Part shown: positions 25,137-34,253 of the stretch, one piece after another
Layout: each line of letters begins with the position of its first letter
Position numbering within the stretch: the stretch's first letter is position 1
From: an uncultured Dehalococcoidales bacterium
Lineage (GTDB): Bacteria; Chloroflexota; UBA6077; FW602-bin22
Direction of reading: 5' to 3'
Assembly (NCBI GenBank): GCA_964536925.1
Contig: CAZHZF010000010.1
Coordinates: 904-64,903, forward strand
Length of the DNA: 64,000 nt
The notes under the pieces: generated by a model
The model's database searches: none
Seen by the model: only the letters and a program-made list of their open reading frames with translations
What the model was told of the DNA's origin: nothing
Program-made: the position numbers and the translations under genes

Positions 25137-25820
25137 GTGATTCAGGCGAATCTTCAGGCGAAGATCGACGCGGACGTGCTCGAGGCCGTCTTCACCAACG
25201 TGGGTGAGGGGGCGATGGTGATCAATCGGCTGAGAAAGATCACCACCATGAATCCAAGCGCCGGCCAGATCACTGGATGGAAGCAGCGCGATCTCACCTC
25301 CATCAGTTGCAATGTCTTCCAGTGCCGTAACGAGAGTGGCAAAAGGACGTGTGAGGAGATGTGCCTCGCACAGCGCTGTATCGAGACGCCACAGCAAGTG
25401 GGCCCGATGTATCTGCGGCTGACGCGGTCCGACGGCACACCCGTTTCGGTGGAGGCGACGTTCCTCCCGGTCCACGCGGCCGACCCGCGCACGGGCGTCT
25501 GCCTGCTGCTGCTCAAGGACATCACGGTGCTCGAGCACTTCGATGCGTCAGTGCGACAGCTCAACCAGGAACTCGCCGAGAAGAACATCGTCCTTCGGGG
25601 CTTTTCGGACCAGATGTCCGTCGCCTGGAGGGCAGCCATGATCGACCTTCGCGCCGGCGCCGAGGGCCTCCGCGCCCGATTCTCGAAGGAACTGGGCGAA
25701 TCGGGCCTGCGTTCTATCGATAGGATGGTGAACGCGACGCAGAAGCTCGAGACGACCTTCGCCCAGTTGAAGTCGCAGATTCAGGCGACGCTTCAGCCGC
25801 GGCGCAAGCCGACCGCTTGA
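25137..25820 (+). CDS. PAS-domain protein with Cys cluster and a His-less DHp-like helix (no kinase ATPase domain)
   Basis: AGGAG lies 7 nt before GTG 25137. PAS-like core (VINRLRKITTMNPSAGQITGW...LLLLKDIT). Cys cluster CNVFQCRNESGKRTCEEMCLAQRC. H-box-like FSDQMSVAWRAAMIDL has Val where the His is expected. Confidence 0.65.
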   Translation: MIQANLQAKIDADVLEAVFTNVGEGAMVINRLRKITTMNPSAGQITGWKQRDLTSISCNVFQCRNESGKRTCEEMCLAQRCIETPQQVGPMYLRLTRSDGTPVSVEATFLPVHAADPRTGVCLLLLKDITVLEHFDASVRQLNQELAEKNIVLRGFSDQMSVAWRAAMIDLRAGAEGLRARFSKELGESGLRSIDRMVNATQKLETTFAQLKSQIQATLQPRRKPTA

Positions 25821-26506
25821 GCCCGGCGCCGCGAGGCGTCGTCTCGCTCGCTCCCTCCATCCTCGCGGCGGACTTTGCACGGCTCGGCGAACAGATGGCC
25901 GCCATCGAACAGGCTGGCCTCGCCGACCGCATCCACGTGGACATCATGGACGGGCAGTTCGTGCCGCCGATCTCCTTCGGAACGCTGATCTGCCCGGCGC
26001 TTCGTCGGGCCACGCGACTCGATCTGGACGTCCATCTCATGGTCGTCCGGCCCGATCGCTACTTCGCGGAGCTCACCGATATGGGTGTACGTACGGTCTC
26101 GATCCACCAGGAGGCGTGCCCGCATGTGCATCGCGACCTGGGCGAGATCCGCCGCCTCGGAATGCGCGCGGGGCTGGCGATCAATCCGGGCACGCCGGTC
26201 GCCCACGCCTCCGAGGTGATCGACCTCGTGGATCAGATCGTCGTGATGACCGTGAACCCCGGCTGGGGCGGGCAACCGTTTCTGGACGGGAGCGTGCGGC
26301 GCATCGCCACCGCACGCTCCCTGGCCGACAGCGCGGGCCACCCGATCGACATCGAAGTCGACGGCGGCATCACCGTGCGGACCGCGCCGACCGTCGTCGC
26401 AGCGGGTGCAAACGTGCTTGTGGCCGGCTCTGCCGTCTTCAACCATCCCGACGGCATCGCCGCCGGCCTGCTTGCCCTCCGGGAGGCGGCTCAGGCGCTC
26501 CGGTAA
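25817..26506 (+). CDS. rpe: ribulose-phosphate 3-epimerase
   Basis: APSILAADF, HVDIMDGQFVP, MTVNPGWGGQ. TTG start overlaps the upstream stop (TTGA). Confidence 0.93.
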   Translation: MSPAPRGVVSLAPSILAADFARLGEQMAAIEQAGLADRIHVDIMDGQFVPPISFGTLICPALRRATRLDLDVHLMVVRPDRYFAELTDMGVRTVSIHQEACPHVHRDLGEIRRLGMRAGLAINPGTPVAHASEVIDLVDQIVVMTVNPGWGGQPFLDGSVRRIATARSLADSAGHPIDIEVDGGITVRTAPTVVAAGANVLVAGSAVFNHPDGIAAGLLALREAAQALR

Positions 26507-26676
26507 TGCGTCCTGAGGCAGCGGGTGCAGACGCGGACGCGCTTTGGTTCGCCCTCGACCACGAGCGTTACCCCCTGGATATTCGGGCGGAACCGCCGCT
26601 TGGTATGGCGATAGGAGAAGCTGACATTACTGCCGGAGGCCGGCCCTTTCCCGCACATCTCGCACCGAACCGCCAC
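26491..26676 (-). CDS. rpmB: 50S ribosomal protein L28
   Basis: CEMCGKGPASGSNVSFSYRHTKRRFRPNIQ. GGGAGG lies 7 nt before GTG 26676, giving the usual ~61 aa. Confidence 0.88.
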   Translation of the reverse strand: MAVRCEMCGKGPASGSNVSFSYRHTKRRFRPNIQGVTLVVEGEPKRVRVCTRCLRTHYRSA

Positions 26677-26695
26677 CGTAGGGCCTCCCTGGGTC

Positions 26696-26704
26696 TGGTA
26701 TGAT
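26696..26704 (+). promoter_or_regulatory. extended -10-like TGGTATGAT upstream of degV-recG
   Basis: Read directly in the rpmB/degV divergent spacer. Confidence 0.3.
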
Positions 26705-26784
26705 CTGGTTCCCGGACCATGGTAGTACTGGCCGGCGCGAATGACCATCGGCCCGGGCTAAATCTTCAAACAGGCGCGGATTCC

Positions 26785-27618
26785 ATGAGTCACACCGTCA
26801 TCGTCACCGACACTGGCTGCGATCTGGATGGCTGCTCCCTGGCCGACATCGACGTCGACTCGGTCAGGCTGGAGGCCGCCGAGGCGTCCGAATCCACGTT
26901 ACCGTACGAGCCGTCGTTCGACGTCGTCGATGAGAGGCTGACGCGCGACCTGGTTGCGACGTACGAGCGCGCCTGGGAACGTGGAGCACAATCGGTCGTG
27001 TCGGTGCACACGTCAAGTCAGCTCGCGGGGGCATATCATGCCGCGCTCGCGGCGCGAGCGCGCGTGCGCAATCTGCTGAATATCGAGGTTGTTGACTCCG
27101 GCCAGTGCGGTATGGCGCTCGGATTCGTCCTTCGACGGGTTGCTCAGGCGCGAGCGAGTGGAGCAGCAACGCCGGATATCGCCGCCATCGCGCGTCGGGC
27201 CGCCCGGAACGTCCACTCCATGTTCTTCGCGGAATCGCTCTCTCGCGTCCAGTGGTCCCAGAAGTGGCTGAGAGTCCACGATGGGCACATCGCGGGGAAC
27301 GGCTCCCGCCCGATCATGGCGGTGGAAGACGGGGAGATGTTGCCTCTCGAGCGGGTACGCACGCGGGCGCGGGGCTTCGACCGGCTCGCCGAATTCGTGG
27401 AGCTTTTCCCGCGCGTGGACGCGCTCGCGATCTACCACGATGCGCCAGCAGCGGATCTCGAATCCCTGGTGCAGCGCATCATCCCGGTTTTCCCGCGCGA
27501 GCAGATTATCTTTGGCTCGTATGGGCCTACCCTTCGGGCGCGGCTCGGGCCACGGGCGATCGGTGTCTTCGTCGACCAGGGGCTCGATAGCGAGGAGTCG
27601 CCCGCCCGCCGTCGTTGA
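26785..27618 (+). CDS. DegV family (fatty-acid-binding) protein
   Basis: N-terminal VIVTDTGCDL plus DegV-like length and order. The rpmB / DegV-or-DAK2 / recG neighbourhood is common. Confidence 0.8.
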   Translation: MSHTVIVTDTGCDLDGCSLADIDVDSVRLEAAEASESTLPYEPSFDVVDERLTRDLVATYERAWERGAQSVVSVHTSSQLAGAYHAALAARARVRNLLNIEVVDSGQCGMALGFVLRRVAQARASGAATPDIAAIARRAARNVHSMFFAESLSRVQWSQKWLRVHDGHIAGNGSRPIMAVEDGEMLPLERVRTRARGFDRLAEFVELFPRVDALAIYHDAPAADLESLVQRIIPVFPREQIIFGSYGPTLRARLGPRAIGVFVDQGLDSEESPARRR

Positions 27619-30028
27619 TCGGCGCGCGCGCATCAAGCAGGTCCTCGAACACGAACGTCGGCGCGGATACGCGGACGACAGCGTCGTTGGCGGACTGGCC
27701 GCGTTCGTCCGCATCTGGTTCGAAGGATCGCCCATCGTCGGCCGGTTCGATGAGTATGCGACCGCCGGCCGCGAGCAGCGGGCCGCTCTGGTGGCGGAGG
27801 CGCTCCGCGCGTCCGAGGCTCCGGCGGGCACGCCTGAGGAGGTAGCGCCACCGAGCGTGCCGCCTCGTCCCACGGTCGGGGCGACCCCGCGCCCCGTCAC
27901 TCCCTTCCGCGAGCCCTCCCCGCCGGTCCAGCGGGCCGGTACCGGCCTGGAGACGCCGATCGAACGATTACGTGGCGTCGGTAGAACGCACCTTCCTCGC
28001 CTGGAGGTCCTGGAGCTTCGCCTGGTGGGGGACCTGCTCCGGCACTACCCGACGCGACACATCGACTATTCGCGCCTCCGCAAGATCGCCGAGTTGGTCC
28101 CCGGGGAGACTGTGACGGTCGTCGCCTCGGTCTGGGATGTTGCCACCGCGCGCACGCGTCGTGGGCTTGATCGCATCGAGGCGACCATTGGCGATGAGAC
28201 CGGGACGCTCGTGGCGACCTGGTTCCGGCGGCGCGACTACATGAGCCAGAAGCTACGCGGACGCCAGGTGGTGCTGAGCGGTCGGGTCCACGCGCGCTAC
28301 GGGATGATGACCATCGAGGATCCGGAGGTCGAGTTCCTCGAGCAAGCGGACCTTCTGAATACAGGCCGCCTGGTGCCGATCTATCGGGCGACGGAGGGCC
28401 TGACCCAGCGATGGCTCCGGCGCGTCGTCCGCCAGGCACTCGACCTGTTCCACGGGTATCTGGTCGACCCGCTCCATCTCAGCCTTCGGCTCCGGGAAAA
28501 CCTGATCGAGTACCGCCGCGCGATGGCGTGCATCCACTTTCCGGAAGACGAGAACGAATTGCGCGCCGCGCGCTCACGGCTCGCCTTCGACGAATTCCTC
28601 GCGATTCAACTCGGTGTGGTACGGCGACGATGGCGGCGACTGCGCGACGAGGCCGCGCCGGCGATCACCGCTGATCCCGATGTCGACGCGGCGCTGCGGC
28701 AGAGCCTGCCCTTTCGACTCACTGACGCGCAACTGCGCGCGATGGCCGAGATCACAGGGGATCTCGGCCGGCGCGCGCCGATGGCGCGCTTGCTCCAGGG
28801 AGACGTCGGGTCCGGCAAGACCGTGGTCGCAGCATCCGCTCTCCTCTCGGCGGCAGTGAATGGCTGGCAGGGCCTGCTGATGGCTCCGACGGAGATCCTC
28901 GCGGAACAGCACGGCCGCAGCGTCGTCGGTCTTCTGGCCAGTGAGCCGGTTCGCGCCGCCTTTGAGAGGCGACGCGGGAGGCCTGGACCAGTCGCTCGTC
29001 TCCTGATCGGTGGTACGCGGAAGAGAGCGCGCGAGGAGGCGTACCAGGGGTTGGCGGACGGCAGCATCGACATCCTGATCGGTACGCACACCCTGGTGCA
29101 GGAGGGTATCGCGCCGCACCGACTGGGTATCGCGGTGATCGACGAGCAACACCGGTTCGGCGTCGAGCAGCGCGCCGCCCTCGCCGCGAAGGGCGGAAGT
29201 CCCCACGTCCTGGCGATGACCGCGACGCCAATCCCGCGGACCCTGGCCATGACGGTGTATGGCGAGTTCGACCTGAGCCTGTTGGACGAGATGCCGATCG
29301 GCAGGCTGCCGATCAAGACCCGGGTCTTTCGGGACGAGGATCGCGCCGATGCGTACGATTTCATCCGCGCGCAGATCAGGGCCGGGCACCAGGCATACAT
29401 CGTGTGTCCGTTGGTTGAGGAGTCTGAGAAGACCGAGGCGGCCGCGGCCACCGCGGAGTACGAGCGCCTCTCCCGTGACGAGTTCCCGGGTCTGCGCACG
29501 GGGCTGCTCCACGGGCGGTTGCGGAGCGCCGAGAAGGAGCGCGTGATCGGTGCGTTTCGAGGGGGCGAGATCGATGTTCTGGTCGCGACGACCGTGGTGG
29601 AGGTCGGTGTGGATGTACCTAACGCGACGGTGATGATGATCGAGGGAGCGGAGCGCTTCGGCCTATCCCAACTGCATCAGTTGCGCGGCCGTGTAGGGCG
29701 CGGCGAGGCTCAGTCCTACTGCATCCTTCTGGCCGGTCGCGGCTCTGCCGAGGCCGAGGAACGGCTCAAGGCGGTCGAGTCGACCACGGATGGCTTTCGG
29801 CTCGCCGAACACGATCTCCGTCTTCGCGGCCCCGGCGAGTTCCTGGGCACGCGACAGAGCGGCCTGCCCGAACTGCGCATCGCCCAGATCTCTGACGTGG
29901 ATCTGATCGTGCGGACCAGACGCGTCGCGGAGGAGATTATCGGCTCGGATCCTGAACTGGCTCGCCCGGAACATCAGGGGCTACACCTGTTGCTCCGAGG
30001 TGTGGCCCACGAAGGCACCGCAGCGTGA
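27563..30028 (+). CDS. recG: ATP-dependent DNA helicase RecG with ~110-aa N-terminal extension
   Basis: Wedge region LRGVGRTHLPRLEVL...RHYPTRHIDY, helicase motifs GDVGSGKT, DEQHRFG, TATPIPRT, QLHQLRGRVGRG. Start is uncertain (GTG 27563 or ATG 27521); both overlap the degV 3' end. Confidence 0.9.
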   Translation: MSSSTRGSIARSRPPAVVDRRARIKQVLEHERRRGYADDSVVGGLAAFVRIWFEGSPIVGRFDEYATAGREQRAALVAEALRASEAPAGTPEEVAPPSVPPRPTVGATPRPVTPFREPSPPVQRAGTGLETPIERLRGVGRTHLPRLEVLELRLVGDLLRHYPTRHIDYSRLRKIAELVPGETVTVVASVWDVATARTRRGLDRIEATIGDETGTLVATWFRRRDYMSQKLRGRQVVLSGRVHARYGMMTIEDPEVEFLEQADLLNTGRLVPIYRATEGLTQRWLRRVVRQALDLFHGYLVDPLHLSLRLRENLIEYRRAMACIHFPEDENELRAARSRLAFDEFLAIQLGVVRRRWRRLRDEAAPAITADPDVDAALRQSLPFRLTDAQLRAMAEITGDLGRRAPMARLLQGDVGSGKTVVAASALLSAAVNGWQGLLMAPTEILAEQHGRSVVGLLASEPVRAAFERRRGRPGPVARLLIGGTRKRAREEAYQGLADGSIDILIGTHTLVQEGIAPHRLGIAVIDEQHRFGVEQRAALAAKGGSPHVLAMTATPIPRTLAMTVYGEFDLSLLDEMPIGRLPIKTRVFRDEDRADAYDFIRAQIRAGHQAYIVCPLVEESEKTEAAAATAEYERLSRDEFPGLRTGLLHGRLRSAEKERVIGAFRGGEIDVLVATTVVEVGVDVPNATVMMIEGAERFGLSQLHQLRGRVGRGEAQSYCILLAGRGSAEAEERLKAVESTTDGFRLAEHDLRLRGPGEFLGTRQSGLPELRIAQISDVDLIVRTRRVAEEIIGSDPELARPEHQGLHLLLRGVAHEGTAA

Positions 30029-30639
30029 AGCCGCGCATTATCGCCGGCGAACACCGAGGGCGCCGACTCTTCGTCCCCAAGGAGGAGATCCGGCCGACTG
30101 CCGACCGCACCAAAGAGTCGCTCTTCTCAACGCTCGAGAGTATCCTGGCACGCGTGCGCCCCGAGGCGACGGTGGGATCGTCTGAGATCTGGGCCGGTAT
30201 CCGGGTGATCGACCTCTTCGCGGGCACGGGGGCTCTCGGCCTCGAGGCGCTCTCCCGCGGCGCGGCCTGGGCCACCTTCATCGACGCGGCGCCGGCGTGT
30301 GTGGCGGTCATCCAGCGAAACCTGACTCTGTGCGACCTCGCGGCCCGGGCGCGCGTCCTCCAGGCGGATGCGCGTCGCCCGCCTCGCCTCGATCCAGACG
30401 CGACGATCCTGTTCGTCGATCCCCCCTACGATCTCGATCCCGTGACGCTTCTGCAGACGATTGCGCGCGCGCGCAATCCCGTCGGCGATGCCGTCCTCGT
30501 GGTGGAGCACCGTCGGACCGTCGCGTTGCCGGATACACTGAGCACGTGGGAACGCCTGCGCGAGCGTCGTTTCGGTGAGACTCAGGTGACCCTGTTCGGG
30601 TCAGGCGCATTCCGACCGGCCGCGGATGTCGCGGAGTGA
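30025..30639 (+). CDS. rsmD: 16S rRNA (guanine966-N2)-methyltransferase RsmD
   Basis: RIIAGEHRGRRL, DLFAGTGALGLEALSRGA, DPPY. GTGA overlap with the recG stop. Confidence 0.9.
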   Translation: MKPRIIAGEHRGRRLFVPKEEIRPTADRTKESLFSTLESILARVRPEATVGSSEIWAGIRVIDLFAGTGALGLEALSRGAAWATFIDAAPACVAVIQRNLTLCDLAARARVLQADARRPPRLDPDATILFVDPPYDLDPVTLLQTIARARNPVGDAVLVVEHRRTVALPDTLSTWERLRERRFGETQVTLFGSGAFRPAADVAE

Positions 30640-31154
30640 CCACCGTTCTCTATCCCGGAACGTTCGATCCCATCACGCGTGGCCATGTCGACATCGCCAC
30701 GCGCGCGGCCGCCCTGTTCGACACCGTGGTCGTCGGCGTGTACGACACACCCAACAAATCGCTGCTATTCGATACGGCCACGAGGGTCCGCCTGGCGACG
30801 GGCGCACTCATGCGCATCAAGAACGTGCGGGTCACCGCCTACCAGGGCCTGACGGTCGACTTCGCCCAGGAGTGTGGGGCGGGTGCCATCGTCAGGGGCC
30901 TGCGCGCGTACTCGGATTTCGAGAACGAACTGCAGATGGCGCATCAAAACCGGGCGCTGAGACCTCGTATCGAGACCGTCTGCCTTATGACAAGCCTTGA
31001 ATATAGTTACCTGAGTTCCACGCTCCTGAGGGAAGTCGCGCGACTCGGAGGAGACATACGATCGCTCGTACCGGAGAATGTCGAGTTGGAACTTGAGGCA
31101 CGATTCGGCGCCGAGACGCACCACGACGCGATTCCGCGCCACCTGCACTCGTGA
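30636..31154 (+). CDS. coaD: phosphopantetheine adenylyltransferase
   Basis: YPGTFDPITRGHVDI, LRAYSDFENE, SSTLLREV. GTGA overlap upstream. Confidence 0.95.
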   Translation: MTTVLYPGTFDPITRGHVDIATRAAALFDTVVVGVYDTPNKSLLFDTATRVRLATGALMRIKNVRVTAYQGLTVDFAQECGAGAIVRGLRAYSDFENELQMAHQNRALRPRIETVCLMTSLEYSYLSSTLLREVARLGGDIRSLVPENVELELEARFGAETHHDAIPRHLHS

Positions 31155-31684
31155 TGACGAGCCTGGAACCAGACGGTCTCGCGCGGCTTAACGAGGTTCT
31201 CGAACGCCTCGAGACACTCGTCACCGGCGCGTCACGCGTCCCCTTCACCACCCGCTTCATGGTCGACGAGCAGGAGTTTGTCGGCCTGATGGATCAAATC
31301 CGCGGGATGATCCCGGAGGACTATCGCGTCGCGAGGCGCGTCGTCGCCGAGCGAGACAAGATCCTCAACCAGGCACGCTCTGAGGCAGAGAGGATGATTG
31401 CCGAGGCCGAGGAGAAAGCGGCGGAGCGACTGAGCACGGACACGCTGGTCCAGCAGGCACGGGCCCGCGCGGACGATCATGTTCAGGAAGCGCTCTCACG
31501 TGCCGAGGAAGTGCGGCGCGGCGCCGACCACTATGCTCTGGAGACTCTGGAGACTCTGGAGGGCCAGTTGATGCGCCTGCTGACCACCATCCGTCGGGGC
31601 AAGGACACCCTCCGGGACGCGCTCTTCGAAGGGTCGGACGCGGAGGTGCGTCAGACGGACTCCGAGATCAGTTTTCGCTCGTGA
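31151..31684 (+). CDS. hypothetical coiled-coil protein (177 aa)
   Basis: Overlaps the coaD stop. Long helical, charged sequence (ARSEAERMIAEAEEKAAERL...). Family not recognised. Confidence 0.55.
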   Translation: MMTSLEPDGLARLNEVLERLETLVTGASRVPFTTRFMVDEQEFVGLMDQIRGMIPEDYRVARRVVAERDKILNQARSEAERMIAEAEEKAAERLSTDTLVQQARARADDHVQEALSRAEEVRRGADHYALETLETLEGQLMRLLTTIRRGKDTLRDALFEGSDAEVRQTDSEISFRS

Positions 31685-32109
31685 GCCCGCGCGTCGGCGG
31701 CCGAGGGAACACCGGGGTCACACGCACCGCCCGATTCGACGACCCGCGTGACGCCAACCGCGCCACCCGCGCGCTGATGAAGGAACTGAAGCTTCGGCCA
31801 ACGGACGTTCGGGCGGTTCTTTCGCCAGGCCCGGTGAGCGAGGGCGCGGGATACCTCGGCATCACCCGGTCGATGCCGGTAATCGTCCACGTGTCGGCAA
31901 GACAACCGGATCAGGCCGACGCGATCGCCGCGATCCTCTTGAGAAGTGGTGGCGAGATGCTCGATGACATCGCCACGCGATCGACGGGCGGATACGGGCC
32001 GACCAGCGCCCACGGCCGCGAGTCCATCATCGGCGGAGCCTCGACGACGTCGGCGATGGCGACGCATCGGTTCACGGAGGCACCCGAAACACCCGCCGCG
32101 GGGGAGTGA
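31681..32109 (+). CDS. hypothetical protein (142 aa)
   Basis: GTGA overlap with the previous gene and high third-position GC. The competing minus-strand ORF 31651..32367 looks like a shadow frame. Confidence 0.45.
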   Translation: MSPRVGGRGNTGVTRTARFDDPRDANRATRALMKELKLRPTDVRAVLSPGPVSEGAGYLGITRSMPVIVHVSARQPDQADAIAAILLRSGGEMLDDIATRSTGGYGPTSAHGRESIIGGASTTSAMATHRFTEAPETPAAGE

Positions 32110-32157
32110 TTCACACCCCCCAACGGCGCCACTTCCGATACACTCAGGTTCTGAGCC

Positions 32158-32685
32158 ATGCGATACAACGTGGCGCAACTCCTCCACGAGGACGTGGGCG
32201 CCCGGCGCGTCGTGGAGATTGGCGATGCGCGAGGTACACTCGATTGTCTGACTCTGCTCGCTCCCCTCAAGGGGACGGTCCGACTGATGCGCACGAATCG
32301 TGGCATCCTCGCCACGGGCGTCGTCGAGACGATCGCCGAGAGCGAGTGCAGTCGATGTCTGGAGCAAACTCGTGTGCCGCTCCGCGTGGAACTCGCCGAG
32401 GAGTTCTTCCCCCTTGTCGATCTCCGTACGGGCCTACCCGCGCCGCACAAGGATGACGTCGAGGGGTTTATGCTGACGGAGACTCACGAACTCGATCTCG
32501 AGGAACCGGTTCGACAGGGAGCACTCGTGCAGATGCCAATGCAGCCGCTCTGTCGAGACGATTGTCGCGGGCTCTGTCAGCAATGCGGGGCGAACCTCAA
32601 CGAGGCTCCGTGCACCTGCGCCGCCCGAGCGGCCGATCCACGGCTCCACGATCTGGCGCGCTGGCTCAAGAATTCAGGCGATTGA
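32158..32685 (+). CDS. yceD: YceD/DUF177 family protein
   Basis: CSRCLE...CRDDCRGLCQQCGANLN motif. Lies immediately upstream of rpmF, as in most bacteria. Confidence 0.88.
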   Translation: MRYNVAQLLHEDVGARRVVEIGDARGTLDCLTLLAPLKGTVRLMRTNRGILATGVVETIAESECSRCLEQTRVPLRVELAEEFFPLVDLRTGLPAPHKDDVEGFMLTETHELDLEEPVRQGALVQMPMQPLCRDDCRGLCQQCGANLNEAPCTCAARAADPRLHDLARWLKNSGD

Positions 32686-32698
32686 GTGAGGACGTAGA

Positions 32699-32896
32699 AT
32701 GCCGCCACTTCCAAAGCGAAAGTACGCCAAGGCCCGCCAGGGCGACCGCCGCCAGCACCTGGCCGTGGCCGTGCCGAATCTGGTTGAGTGCAGCAGCTGC
32801 CGACAGCTCCGGCAGTCCCACCACGCGTGCCCGCATTGCGGTCAGTACCGTGGCCGCCAGGTGATCGCGATTCAGGCGTCCGGCCGGACAGACTGA
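32699..32896 (+). CDS. rpmF: 50S ribosomal protein L32
   Basis: PKRKYAKARQGDRR..., zinc-ribbon C..C...CPHCG. Confidence 0.93.
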   Translation: MPPLPKRKYAKARQGDRRQHLAVAVPNLVECSSCRQLRQSHHACPHCGQYRGRQVIAIQASGRTD

Positions 32897-32903
32897 CCAC
32901 GAG

Positions 32904-34253
32904 GTGGGCCGTGGGCTCATCTTTCCGGGCCAGGGTTCCCAGGCCCCCGGTATGGCGCAGGCGGTCGCGAGCGAATCGCCGGCGGCTCGGGCGACGCTCC
33001 TGCGGGCAGAGAAGATAACCGGCCTTCCAATCCCGCGATTGTGCATTGAGGCCCCCGACGAGGAGTTGCGGCGCACCGACGTCGCTCAGCCGGCGATTCT
33101 CGCGACCGAACTCGCGATTCTCGCGAGCATTCGCGAGTCCTTCGCCCTTGAGGCGGAGGACTCCCTGGCACGACTCAACGTCCTCGCCGTCGCCGGGCAT
33201 TCCCTGGGGGAGTTCGGCGCGTGCGTCGCCGCGCAGAGCCTGAGCGAGGAGACCGCGCTGACCCTGGTGCGCGAGCGCGGTCGCCTGATGGCCGAGGCGC
33301 GCGACGGAGCAATGGCGGCCGTGCTCGGCGGCGAGGCGGACGTCGTCGCGGCGACCTGCGCCACGATTTCGGGGCTGGTCATCGCCAACGACAACGCGCC
33401 CGGGCAGATTGTCATCTCTGGTCCGCCGGCGGCGATCGCCGAGGCGACCCCACGATTGCTCAAGGCGGGAGTCAGACGCGTCGTGCCCCTGAACGTCAGC
33501 GGCGCCTTTCACTCGCCCCTGATGGCTGCGGCACAGAGTGCCTTCGCGCCGCTCGTTGCCGAAGCGGAGATCCGAGAACCTCGTGTCGCGATCGTTGGGA
33601 ATACGGATGCGCGCGCGCTCCTCTCCGCGGCGGATGTCCGCGCGGAACTCGGTGCACAGATGACCGCGCCAGTTCGGTGGCGGGAATCCATGCTGCGCCT
33701 GGTGGAGATAGGCGCCACATCGCTGATCGAGTGCGGTCCGGGAGAGGTCCTCATCGGACTCGCCCGCCGCACGGTGAGCGGGATCGCGCTCCGAACGGTC
33801 CATAGCCGGAGCGACACGGGAGTTCTGGGCACCGCCTATGTACGCGAACTCGCGCTCCAGGCGCTCTATGAGGGAGATGCCACCGATCATCCCGCGCACG
33901 TTGTGATCGGGCGCCTCGTCGAGGCCCTCGACGTGCCATTCGCGCTTCGGGAGGAGGCGCGCCACGCCGTCGCGCGCGTCGTCCGGAATCGTGCCCGCAT
34001 CGACGAGGAGATCGCGATCGGCGCACCCGCCTGGCCAGTTCCCCAGATGGCGCGTGTCGAGCGGGGAATCCTTCGTCTTGCATTGTCCGAGGGCATTGGG
34101 GATAATGCCGCGACGCTTGATCGGGCTTCGATCGATGGAGCGTTGGAACTGGCGAGGACGTTCGGCGGCGAGACATCGGTCAAGTTTGTAAACGGGGTGC
34201 TGAGTTCGCTGGCCGAGAGACAAGCGCCGCCCACGCAGCGGGCAAACGCCTGA
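32904..34253 (+). CDS. fabD: malonyl-CoA:ACP transacylase (FabD) fused in frame to a NusB-like domain
   Basis: FabD motifs FPGQGSQ, GHSLGE, NVSGAFHSPLM, ECGPG up to about residue 305. From 33831 the frame shows NusB-like RELALQALYEGD, RIDEEI, ERGILRLALSE, ELARTFGGETSVKFVNGVLSSL. No intervening stop. Confidence 0.85.
   Translation: MGRGLIFPGQGSQAPGMAQAVASESPAARATLLRAEKITGLPIPRLCIEAPDEELRRTDVAQPAILATELAILASIRESFALEAEDSLARLNVLAVAGHSLGEFGACVAAQSLSEETALTLVRERGRLMAEARDGAMAAVLGGEADVVAATCATISGLVIANDNAPGQIVISGPPAAIAEATPRLLKAGVRRVVPLNVSGAFHSPLMAAAQSAFAPLVAEAEIREPRVAIVGNTDARALLSAADVRAELGAQMTAPVRWRESMLRLVEIGATSLIECGPGEVLIGLARRTVSGIALRTVHSRSDTGVLGTAYVRELALQALYEGDATDHPAHVVIGRLVEALDVPFALREEARHAVARVVRNRARIDEEIAIGAPAWPVPQMARVERGILRLALSEGIGDNAATLDRASIDGALELARTFGGETSVKFVNGVLSSLAERQAPPTQRANA

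Noticed and set aside
27615-27845. A TTG overlapping the degV stop (TTGA) as a coupled recG start.
   Set aside because: That TTG is in a different frame from recG and opens only a 76-aa Arg/Ser-rich nonsense ORF.
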